Translations under genes and position numbers: made by a program
Notes under the pieces: model-generated
Seen by the model: only the letters and a program-made list of their open reading frames with translations
What the model was told of the DNA's origin: nothing
Databases searched by the model: none
From: a virus
Taxonomy: Duplodnaviria > Caudoviricetes
Virus record (IMG/VR): IMGVR_UViG_3300027804_000199
Span: 1 to 26,347 of that record
DNA: 26,347 bases
Reading direction: 5' to 3' (one strand)
Shown: positions 15,251 through 23,202 of the stretch, one piece after another
How the letters are laid out: every line of letters starts with the position of its first letter
Position numbering within the stretch: the stretch's first letter is position 1

Positions 15251-15373
15251 CTCCAAAAAAAAGACATCACCTGCACTCTCCCATTGCTGGGTTGGTCGAA
15301 CGGATGGGTATCCGCCAGAGTGCATGTGATGTCCTACCCAAAAAAGCCGCGACCAAGCGACAAGCACATCATA
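15251..15373 (-). promoter_or_regulatory. Promoter -10 and structured leader/attenuator-like RNA upstream of the HNH-helicase operon
   Basis: TATGAT at 15373-15368; 5' hairpin 15361-15346; 16/17-bp stem 15333-15317/15279-15263 followed by T8, GGAG and ATG. Confidence 0.6.
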
Positions 15374-15418
15374 GCCTTAAGTCTTGCACTAAAAAGTTTT
15401 TAAAGCAACATTTATTTG

Positions 15419-15493
15419 TGCTAAAGTGCAATTGTCTGGCCGCTTTGGTCAGGCTGAAAACCTGAAAACGATCAACCAAAAGGAAACGATCAA
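15419..15493 (+). promoter_or_regulatory. ssb promoter and leader
   Basis: TGCTAAAGT extended -10; hairpin 15434-15454; repeats CTGAAAAC x2 and AAACGATCAA x2 around the AAGGA SD. Confidence 0.55.
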
Positions 15494-16060
15494 ATGTCTA
15501 CAAGAGTCACAACCGGCGAGGTACGCACCTCCTACTTCTCAGGCTTGCAGAGCCGCAAAAACGAAATGAATGGCAAGGATGAGTACAGCACTCAGATCCT
15601 GATCCCCAAGACCGATAAAGAAACGCTGGCCGCTTTGAAGGCAGCAGCCAAAGAAGCGCTGGTCGCCAAGTTCGGTGACAAAGTGCCGAAAAACATCCGC
15701 AACCCCTTGCGTGATGGCGACACTGAAACCAAGACAGACGGGTCGCCACTCGGCAAAGAGTACGCCGGCCACTTCTTCTGCAATGTCAAAAGCACCGCCA
15801 AGCCTGGTGCTATTGACGCCCACGGCAATGACCTGATTGGCGCTGACGATATTGTCAGTGGCGACTATGTGCGGGTGAGCCTGAATGCCTACGCCTACAG
15901 CCAAGCTGGCAACAATGGCGTGTCGTTTGGCCTGAACAACATTTTGTTGCTCAAGAAGGGCCAGCCTCTGGGCGGCTCTAAGCCAAGTGCCGCTGATGAC
16001 TTCGGTATCGGCAAGTCGGCTGCACCAACCGCCGCTGCCGCCGAGTCTTCAGACTGGTAA
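15494..16060 (+). CDS. ssb: Single-stranded DNA-binding protein (DUF2815 / T7 gp2.5-like)
   Basis: VRTSY, YSTQILIPK, PLRDGD, SGDY.RVS..AYAY...GN.GVSFGLNNI, acidic/aromatic C-terminus (SSDW). Confidence 0.9.
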   Translation: MSTRVTTGEVRTSYFSGLQSRKNEMNGKDEYSTQILIPKTDKETLAALKAAAKEALVAKFGDKVPKNIRNPLRDGDTETKTDGSPLGKEYAGHFFCNVKSTAKPGAIDAHGNDLIGADDIVSGDYVRVSLNAYAYSQAGNNGVSFGLNNILLLKKGQPLGGSKPSAADDFGIGKSAAPTAAAAESSDW

Positions 16061-16066
16061 AAAATC

Positions 16067-16146
16067 GGGGGGAAAGCGGATGCTGGCGTTGCGGTCATAG
16101 TTGCCGCCTGATTTCAAGGGTCAACCCAGACGCAGCGAGTACCCCC
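16067..16146 (+). ncRNA. Candidate structured RNA between convergent ssb and cro-like genes
   Basis: GGGGG/CCCCC closing stem, GAA/AGUA loop-E-like internal loop, further stems and two internal hairpins. Not assigned to a named family. Confidence 0.5.
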
Positions 16147-16150
16147 ACCT

Positions 16151-16372
16151 TTAAACAGTCTGCTTTGTTTTGGCTGGCGCAGAATCCTCACTGGCTGATA
16201 AAAGCCGATCAAGCGCAGCAGCCAGTGCATGCACCGACTCCCACAGAGGCTTGACTGACCCTGACATCCAGCGGCTCACCTGTGGCTGCTGGATGCCAGC
16301 CTCACGGCATACGGCATTCATCCTGATGCCATGCTCTCTGGCCTTATCTCTGATGTCTTGTACTGATTGCAT
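16151..16372 (-). CDS. Cro/XRE-like HTH transcriptional regulator
   Basis: GIRMNAVCREAGIQQPQVSRWMSGSVKP HTH; 73 aa; faces an AT-rich divergent intergenic region. Confidence 0.85.
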   Translation of the reverse strand: MQSVQDIRDKAREHGIRMNAVCREAGIQQPQVSRWMSGSVKPLWESVHALAAALDRLLSASEDSAPAKTKQTV

Positions 16373-16469
16373 AAGTGTATTTTAGCAACAACAGATCAAT
16401 TTATTGACTACTATGAGAATTAGTTTATTTGATGTAAACTTCGTAACACTACTAACTCAAGGGTACAAC
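16373..16469. promoter_or_regulatory. Divergent promoter/operator region
   Basis: Minus-strand TGCTAAAAT (16387-16379); interrupted palindrome TCAAT-TT-ATTGA (16396-16407); AT-rich. Confidence 0.6.
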
Positions 16470-16574
16470 ATGAACAAATTAAGCAAACGCGCAGAGGGAG
16501 CACTGGATCTTTTATTGTGCTTGTTTATCGGCGGCGGCTTGGCTGCTGCGCTGGTGGCGTGGTGGTCGGCATGA
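16470..16574 (+). CDS. 34-aa single-pass membrane peptide (not in ORF track)
   Basis: MNKLSKRAEGALDLLLCLFIGGGLAAALVAWWSA; AAGGG SD; ATGA overlap with the next gene. Confidence 0.65.
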   Translation: MNKLSKRAEGALDLLLCLFIGGGLAAALVAWWSA

Positions 16575-16732
16575 ACGAAACACCACCCCCATCATTGAAC
16601 AAGACACTCGGGGTCTATGTCCCCCTTGAACTGAAACCCTTCACAGGCCGACCTGGTGCTATGGATGCATTCAAGCTGCCGTCCCTGATTGGCAATGTGC
16701 AGGTCTTCAGGAAAGATGCAGACAAGCTATGA
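16571..16732 (+). CDS. 53-aa hypothetical phage protein
   Basis: RPGAMDAFKLPSL motif; ATGA overlaps at both ends. Confidence 0.7.
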   Translation: MNETPPPSLNKTLGVYVPLELKPFTGRPGAMDAFKLPSLIGNVQVFRKDADKL

Positions 16733-16917
16733 GTGAGCCAGTCCTTGAGCCAGCGCTGGTGGCCGCCATCGAACTGATGGACGATCTGCTGAGTCCAGAG
16801 GTCTATGGCCATGCAATCCCCAAGGATGCCCACACTCGGGCCTTTGTGGTGCGTGCCATGCTGCGCCGCGAGTACACCCGCAGGATGCAAGATGCGCGGA
16901 TTAAAGCCGGTCTATAG
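16729..16917 (+). CDS. 62-aa hypothetical protein
   Basis: ATGA-coupled; DLLSPEVYGHAIP motif. Confidence 0.65.
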   Translation: MSEPVLEPALVAAIELMDDLLSPEVYGHAIPKDAHTRAFVVRAMLRREYTRRMQDARIKAGL

Positions 16918-17272
16918 GGCCGGCATCATCCGGCTGCTGAGCATTGGCCCGTTGAGTGTGGCCGAGATCGCTGTGCGTCTGCCATGCGCTCTGGCCACCG
17001 CCTACGACAATGTCAGAGCACTGCGCAAGGCCAAGGTGGTGCGGGTGCATGGCTATGAAAAGTCCGGCAACATGACCACGGCCTTGCTGACGATGGGCAG
17101 TGAGCCGGATGCACCAAGGCCGCTGTCGTTCACCGCCGCCGAGCGCATGCGCAAAAAGCGCCACAAGATGTCGGCAGACGATAAGGATTTTCTGAATGCA
17201 CGCCGCCGTCAGAGGAATCGAAAGATCAAGATCGACCCACTGACAGCGGCATTTTTTGGGGGGATGCGTTAG
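16892..17272 (+). CDS. Winged-HTH DNA-binding protein
   Basis: GPLSVAEIAVRLPCALATAYDNVRALRKAKVVRVHGY; basic C-terminus; the start is uncertain. Confidence 0.7.
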   Translation: MRGLKPVYRAGIIRLLSIGPLSVAEIAVRLPCALATAYDNVRALRKAKVVRVHGYEKSGNMTTALLTMGSEPDAPRPLSFTAAERMRKKRHKMSADDKDFLNARRRQRNRKIKIDPLTAAFFGGMR

Positions 17273-17278
17273 GGCTGG

Positions 17279-19549
17279 TTATCGACCAAGCAGGCCGTAT
17301 GGTGGAGCAGACGGCCTCAGTTCTTCATCATCAGGCATTCTTGGTTTGGCTGCCTCAATGTTGAACAGTCCTTGACCACCCGTATATTGCAACATCGGGT
17401 TGAATGGTGACGCCATGTAATTAAACAAAGGGTCAAGAGTGTTGCCGTACAGATTCTGCATGCCTGGAGACAGATAAGCCCTTGTAGCCAAAGCCGGAGT
17501 GCCTAAAGCTAAGGCCGTGCCAAGAATAGGATCACCTGTCAATGCTGTACCGCTGGCCATAGCAGCCCCGACCTTTGCAGGCATTGAGGTCAGCATGTTC
17601 GTCATGGTTATTCGTTCAGAAGAGCCAGATGTAGGCACTTTTGCTTTTAACGCTGACTGTGCGACCTGCGCCAAGTCTGTCAATGTTGCGGCATTTTCTG
17701 GCCCGAGAATTTGCGGCAATGTTGTGGGTGATGCCTTCACATCTTTAATTAAGTTCTTGCCAAATTTAGTGATGTCCATCTCTCCAGTGGGGAACATAGA
17801 GTTCAACTGGATGTCAGCCAAAATTGCTTGAGCCATAGATGTCTTCTCTGTCTCGTTCATCAATGGCAAAACTTTGTTGGCAAAACTGTCTTGGTTGCTC
17901 ATCACATAACCAACAGCAGTCTTGTCGCTGGCAGACTTAATCTTGTCATTCAAATCTTTTGCAGAGCCATAAGAGCCGCGCAACTCTTTAAGTTTTACAA
18001 CTTGGTCATCCATCCCAGCCAGCTTGAATGTTTCGTCCCTTGCGTCATCAAGAGAATTGCGCAATGCTCTAAACGCTTCGCCGACCTTCGTGCCTTTGTT
18101 TGCAAAGGCAAGATCGCCAAACAATTGGCGCTGATCTTGGTAGTCATTTCCTGCAATCTTGCCCCTTTGTTGGTAGCCCAAAAACTCAAACTCAGGCACA
18201 CCACTGTCAACCAGTTGCTTTCTGAAAGTTGCTTGCAAAGTTTTGTAATTTGCACTTGCAGGGGTTGAGCCTGCTTGTTGCAAGGCCGACTCAACCATCG
18301 TCTTCAATTCATCATTTGGCTTGCCAAAGTAAAACTGCTCAAAACTCTCAAACAATGGATCTTTGCGTAATGCAGGAGGAATTGAGGAAAGCAGTTTTCT
18401 TGCGTTGAGGATTGACTCTTCAAATTTTGGAACTTGTGCCAAGTCAATATCGGTCTGGGATGCGACCTGTCGAATTTGACTGCCAACATTGTTGACATTG
18501 CGTTGTGCAGCACTCTTAACAGCACTCGCGCCAGATGAGAAGGCTGTATCTGGCTGCGCTGGCATCCCACCAAAAAGGTCTGCAACCTTGTTGATGATGC
18601 CTTGAGCGTAGTCTGACTGCTTGCCGTAACGCTTTGTAAACTGACCGGCAGACATTGGCAAAGTTGAAGCTGCCGCCTCAAATATTTGAGCCGTCCTGCT
18701 TGTACCAGCCTGCGCTGGTGTGAGTGCAGTCTCTCCTGTAAAGCCAAGATTGCGTGCTTTGGCAGCAATGTCAGCGGCCCTTGTCTCTGCGCCCGTTCTT
18801 TTTGCTTGTGGTCGTGGCGTCATGGCTGCACCGCCTGCCGCAGTTGCTGCAAGCATTGATGCAATGGTCGATGGAATCGGGCCAAGTGCTTGGGTAGACT
18901 CACCGGCCAGTTGTGCAGCCGCGCCAGCAGGAAGTGCGGCAGCAGTCTGGGCCACGGGTCTTACGGCCATCTGTTGCGATATTGCTCTGGCCAATGGGGT
19001 TGATGCTTCTTTCGCCAACTGTTGCAAGCCAGAAATTTGCGAGGCTGTACTGCCAACTGCACCAAGACCAGTTTGCAACATTCTTTGACCAGTTGTTTTT
19101 GCTTCTGGCACTCCAGCGCTTGTCAAAAGATTTTGTATTCCTTGAGATGGCGTTGTCAGTCTTCCGTATTGACCACCCGTTACTTTTTCCGCGCCAGAGG
19201 TTGCTAGATTTAAAAGTGAAGTTAAGGCATCAGCCGCAGGTAGGGCCAAGCCACCAGCAAGCATACCAACTGGCCCAAATGGCGCGCCCATTGCAGCGCC
19301 CAGCATGGGAGGCGCAAGACCGCGCAATGCAGCTCCAGCGTAGCTTCCTTGGTCTTGACCTGATTCTGACCTTAAATTGCGCCGTGGCTGCATTTGCGGA
19401 AAGACTCCAAAGGCAGCACCGCCAGATGGCGCGGCTTTTAACACCTGTGCGGCAGCGCCTGGCCCGTATGTCTCATCAAACATTGCCGCAAGGTCAGGCC
19501 GTTGCGACAACAGGTTGATGTCTTTTGCTGTTGGTTTTTTTTCTGCCAT
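17279..19549 (-). CDS. Putative internal virion / DNA ejection protein (large)
   Basis: 756 aa, Ala/Gly-rich helical with hydrophobic Gly-zipper segments; last gene of the structural operon as in P22-like phages. Confidence 0.6.
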   Translation of the reverse strand: MAEKKPTAKDINLLSQRPDLAAMFDETYGPGAAAQVLKAAPSGGAAFGVFPQMQPRRNLRSESGQDQGSYAGAALRGLAPPMLGAAMGAPFGPVGMLAGGLALPAADALTSLLNLATSGAEKVTGGQYGRLTTPSQGIQNLLTSAGVPEAKTTGQRMLQTGLGAVGSTASQISGLQQLAKEASTPLARAISQQMAVRPVAQTAAALPAGAAAQLAGESTQALGPIPSTIASMLAATAAGGAAMTPRPQAKRTGAETRAADIAAKARNLGFTGETALTPAQAGTSRTAQIFEAAASTLPMSAGQFTKRYGKQSDYAQGIINKVADLFGGMPAQPDTAFSSGASAVKSAAQRNVNNVGSQIRQVASQTDIDLAQVPKFEESILNARKLLSSIPPALRKDPLFESFEQFYFGKPNDELKTMVESALQQAGSTPASANYKTLQATFRKQLVDSGVPEFEFLGYQQRGKIAGNDYQDQRQLFGDLAFANKGTKVGEAFRALRNSLDDARDETFKLAGMDDQVVKLKELRGSYGSAKDLNDKIKSASDKTAVGYVMSNQDSFANKVLPLMNETEKTSMAQAILADIQLNSMFPTGEMDITKFGKNLIKDVKASPTTLPQILGPENAATLTDLAQVAQSALKAKVPTSGSSERITMTNMLTSMPAKVGAAMASGTALTGDPILGTALALGTPALATRAYLSPGMQNLYGNTLDPLFNYMASPFNPMLQYTGGQGLFNIEAAKPRMPDDEELRPSAPPYGLLGR

Positions 19550-19551
19550 GA

Positions 19552-20946
19552 TTAATTCCCAAATGGATTAGATTCGGTAAATGTAAAACCTCGCAAACTT
19601 TTATTGTTTGCAAAATAAAAGTTTTCTTGTTGCTGTGCAAAATCTTTTTGTCTTTTTGCCAGTGTTCCAATTTCTGTGAGTGCTTTTATTTTTGCTTCTT
19701 GGCTTACGCTTGGGTTCGCCAAGTCGCCAACAGCCTTGTCATACCTTTTTGCGTCAGCATCAGATGTCGGGCCGCTGAACTTTGGCGTTTTAAGAGCTAA
19801 CTGCTGAGAAATTTGCACCAACTGGTCATTTGCTGTTTTGGCATCAGTTGTAAAACCAACAGCACCAGCCAGTCCTTTAATTCCTGATTCAATTTTGCCG
19901 CCATACGCTTGAGAAATAAGCGGCGCTGCTCTAGCAGCAAGAGATGCGCTATCTCCAGCAGATTTTGCCTCAGCCAAACTTTTTTGTATTTCGTCAAATT
20001 CTTTCTTTTGAGAATACGAAAACTGCTCAGGCTTGTTTGCTTCGGCCTGTTTACGCAAATCAAGACTTTGCTGCGCAATGCTTGCTTGCAAATCTCTTGC
20101 CTGTTTTGAAGCTAACTGCCCTTGAGCACGGAATTGCTCCAGAGCATCCTGAGACTGCTTAAATTGGGCTTCCATTCTCAATCGGTTGGCTTCTCTTTCA
20201 TCTTGCGACAAAGTAAATTGTTGCGCTCGTTGCGTCATTTCTGCTAATTGCCGAACACGATCATCTGCTTTTTCTGGGTCAAGCACACCAGATGCAAAGC
20301 TACTTTCATATTGCTTTGCAACATTGCGAATGTTTGCTGGAATCGTTTGATCTCCTGTAAATACGCTGAACGGGTTGTCTGTTTGTGTACCTGCACTTGT
20401 AAACCCAGCCCTTCTCAGGTCTGGGACTAATTTTGCAATCTGTCCAAGACTCTCCAGTGGATTTTTTGAAAGCATTGCCAATGCTTGCAATTTGTTGGGG
20501 TCGATGGTGAATGAAGTCTGGGCAGGTGTTACACCTTCACCCACTCGCTGACCCATAACATCCTCGCCATAAATCTCTTTTGCTGGAGTCGTGGTTCGTT
20601 GGAATACCTGCGGAAACAGTTTTGACATTTGTGCCTGACGATCACGATCTGTCTTCGCCTCTTCCAGCTTCTGATTCAGCAGCAGATCCTGCACCGACCC
20701 AGCACGCGCCTGCTGGTAGCCCTGCTGGCCAGCTTGTAGTGCTGAGCCAAGGGCTTGCCCCAAGTTGATGGGGGTGGTGCTACGGCCACCGGCTTGCAGC
20801 AATGCAGCAGCCGCCGCCAGTGCAGCGTTGCGGCCCATCAGCTTGCGCTGGTCTTCACTCAGCAGTGCATCAAGGCCAGTGGGCGTGCCGCCCATGCCGC
20901 CTCCAAACATGCTGCCAATGTTTGAGAAGTCAAAATCTGTTGCCAT
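19552..20946 (-). CDS. Putative DNA ejection protein
   Basis: Gln/Ala-rich coiled coil, GPTSDADAKRY motif; synteny. Confidence 0.6.
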   Translation of the reverse strand: MATDFDFSNIGSMFGGGMGGTPTGLDALLSEDQRKLMGRNAALAAAAALLQAGGRSTTPINLGQALGSALQAGQQGYQQARAGSVQDLLLNQKLEEAKTDRDRQAQMSKLFPQVFQRTTTPAKEIYGEDVMGQRVGEGVTPAQTSFTIDPNKLQALAMLSKNPLESLGQIAKLVPDLRRAGFTSAGTQTDNPFSVFTGDQTIPANIRNVAKQYESSFASGVLDPEKADDRVRQLAEMTQRAQQFTLSQDEREANRLRMEAQFKQSQDALEQFRAQGQLASKQARDLQASIAQQSLDLRKQAEANKPEQFSYSQKKEFDEIQKSLAEAKSAGDSASLAARAAPLISQAYGGKIESGIKGLAGAVGFTTDAKTANDQLVQISQQLALKTPKFSGPTSDADAKRYDKAVGDLANPSVSQEAKIKALTEIGTLAKRQKDFAQQQENFYFANNKSLRGFTFTESNPFGN

Positions 20947-20955
20947 TTTTATTCC

Positions 20956-21705
20956 TTAAAGCAGGGCAAGCAATGCGCCAAGTCCAGCACCAGCCCCACC
21001 ACTGATTGCGCCGCCGCTAAGACCTGCCAACTGAGAGCCAGCCAGAGCACCGCCCAAAAGACCAGCACCACGATTTTGTGTGTACGGTGTAGATACACTG
21101 CCGCCCAAGTTGGCTGGACTTGCACCCAAGCTGGACTGCACGATGCCAAGTTTTTGCAGGCCGATGTTGCGGATGGCATCAAGCTGTTGCTGCTCCAGAG
21201 CCTGACGCGCACCGCCCAAGGCCAGCACATTCTGACCGCCTTGGAGATTCTGTCCACGGGCGTACTGAGCCAACTGAGTAGCCTGACCAAAGCCCTGATT
21301 GCGCAGGTTTGCTGACAGGTCAGCGGCTTGCTTAAGTGCAGCGGCATTGGTGAGTGATGACTGCACACCTTGGCGTGAGCCACCAAAGGCTTTGGCTTGT
21401 GTAGCGGCCTGACGATCTCTGAGGTCTGCCATCTGGCGGCTCGACTCAATATCGGCAAGACTGCGGTCAATGACCTCTTGCTGGTACGGATTCATAAACC
21501 CGCCAATTTCCTGACCGGTGAACGGGGTCAGTGATTGGTTGACGATCTGCTCTTCACCCGCTTGGTACAGAGGATTGAATCCGGCAAACTGCTGGACAGG
21601 CAATGCTGCCGCAACATTCTGAGCCTGACCAAAGTTTGTGAGAAACGCACTCTTGATGTCAGGATCAATTGAAGTCGTTGATACTTGGTTTCCACCTTTA
21701 GACAT
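20956..21705 (-). CDS. Putative DNA transfer/pilot protein
   Basis: MSKGG start, FMNPYQQEVID, AFGGSRQGV, Gly-rich hydrophobic C-terminus. Confidence 0.65.
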   Translation of the reverse strand: MSKGGNQVSTTSIDPDIKSAFLTNFGQAQNVAAALPVQQFAGFNPLYQAGEEQIVNQSLTPFTGQEIGGFMNPYQQEVIDRSLADIESSRQMADLRDRQAATQAKAFGGSRQGVQSSLTNAAALKQAADLSANLRNQGFGQATQLAQYARGQNLQGGQNVLALGGARQALEQQQLDAIRNIGLQKLGIVQSSLGASPANLGGSVSTPYTQNRGAGLLGGALAGSQLAGLSGGAISGGAGAGLGALLALL

Positions 21706-21715
21706 TTTTCGCCCC

Positions 21716-22831
21716 TTAGCCGAGTAAAGATTTTATTTTTTTGGCAGGAATCTTGCCATCGTTGATCATGTCCAGCAGCCCTTGGCCGTACTTCTTGACC
21801 GCTGATTTTTTGATGACATATTCGCCACTGAGTAGTGCGCCATAGCCTTCGTCTGGGCCTTTAGGATCTGGGCCTTTGAGTCGATCCTTGGTGACCTTGC
21901 CGCCCTTGGCCCATCCGTCACTGCCGGAATCAGTGCCGCCGCCAAAGCCGGCTGAATCTCCAGAGCCGTAGCCGTCAGCAGCGCTGGATGCGGCATCTGA
22001 AACGCTTTGACCTGATGAAATTCCCTCACTGGCAGATATAGCATCAATATCATTTGCAACAGTCGCCGCTTCCGCTGCTGCTTCGGCAGCAGCTTGTTCA
22101 GCCGCTGCATTCATCGCCCCAATCTCACTGGCGCGAAAGCTCTCTTTGGCCGACTGATATGCGGCAGGGTTGACGCCCATTGCAATCAAACTCTGGTCGC
22201 TGACAAAGCCTGGATTCATTGCTCTTTGCAAAGCACCCAAACCTGTATATCCAAAAGCCTTTTGGCCCAATTGAGTGATGGTCGCCATCGTTGGATTTGC
22301 AGCGTAATAGGCCGCCTGTTCCGCAGGGGTCATGCTGCTCCACGCACTGGGTGCAGCAGGCTCAGAGCCACCGCCGCCACCACCGCCGCCAAAGCCAAGC
22401 TGACCAATTGCTCTTGGCGCATTGCTGTACAGATTGGGGTTGTAGCCGCCTTGAAAATTATTGTAGCCACCCGACATGCTGGCGTATGGGTTTTGCAGCA
22501 GTGGCATTTGACCCATGATTCGCTGGTACGGAGTAGCACTGCTACCTTGCCCCATGATTTGCTGGTACTGATCCGGCATAGGCAATGCTTGGTTTCGCAA
22601 AAATTGACGGCGCTCAAATTCGCCAATGCCAGCAGACGGGTCAAATGTCTCAGTAATAGGCACTGAGGGTGACAGGGGCAAACTGCCAAGCAAAGTCTCA
22701 GGATACGGAGTTCCGTCCTGACGATAGGTTTGATTTACACCAGCGGCTCTTGCTAGCGCTGGGTTGCCATACACTTTCCCGTCAGGGCCATAAACAAGCT
22801 GCTGTGTAGTTACTTCACCACCTTGACTCAT
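21716..22831 (-). CDS. Low-complexity putative virion protein
   Basis: AAGGAG before ATG 22831 (ATGA overlap); Gly/Ser/Ala-rich; C-terminal GGKV...GPDEGYGALLSGEYVIKKSAVKKYG. Confidence 0.6.
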   Translation of the reverse strand: MSQGGEVTTQQLVYGPDGKVYGNPALARAAGVNQTYRQDGTPYPETLLGSLPLSPSVPITETFDPSAGIGEFERRQFLRNQALPMPDQYQQIMGQGSSATPYQRIMGQMPLLQNPYASMSGGYNNFQGGYNPNLYSNAPRAIGQLGFGGGGGGGGSEPAAPSAWSSMTPAEQAAYYAANPTMATITQLGQKAFGYTGLGALQRAMNPGFVSDQSLIAMGVNPAAYQSAKESFRASEIGAMNAAAEQAAAEAAAEAATVANDIDAISASEGISSGQSVSDAASSAADGYGSGDSAGFGGGTDSGSDGWAKGGKVTKDRLKGPDPKGPDEGYGALLSGEYVIKKSAVKKYGQGLLDMINDGKIPAKKIKSLLG

Positions 22832-23202
22832 ATCAACTCCTTTGAAAGAATAAACCACTGAGGCTCATATCCCTCGTCTTTTAAAAATGTACGCTCCCAG
22901 CCTTTACGGCCAGCAAGCGTCACCCTTGTACATCCAACAGACTTTCCCCATGCCTCAATGTGTGGCCGCATTTTCTTGAGTTCATCAAGATTGCCACCAG
23001 CAAGAAAAAAATGTAAATTTTTTAGCTTCGGATAAACAAGAATCTCTGTCACCACCGCTGAACTTTGCCCAGGCCATAACTGGTATCGATCCGACATTAT
23101 CCCAGCCGCTATGTCATCGAGTGTGTGAGTCCCACCACTGTATTCTAAAGCCGCATCAATCCACTGGCGACATCGGTTGATCTCAAAAATTCTATCCATC
23201 AT
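22828..23202 (-). CDS. Probable GNAT-fold tail assembly protein
   Basis: AVVTEI..YP..K.LHFFLAGG, GC....AGRKGWER; follows the gp10-like gene; ATGA start at 23202. Confidence 0.65.
   Translation of the reverse strand: MMDRIFEINRCRQWIDAALEYSGGTHTLDDIAAGIMSDRYQLWPGQSSAVVTEILVYPKLKNLHFFLAGGNLDELKKMRPHIEAWGKSVGCTRVTLAGRKGWERTFLKDEGYEPQWFILSKELI

Noticed and set aside
16067-16146. tRNA gene
   Set aside because: No TTC-type T-loop, canonical D-loop or 7-bp acceptor geometry; kept only as an unassigned structured RNA.
15384-16400. ssb-cro segment as an invertible element of the serine recombinase
   Set aside because: The only inverted similarity at the ends is the short TGCTAAA promoter motif; no ~26-bp hix/gix-like inverted sites were found.
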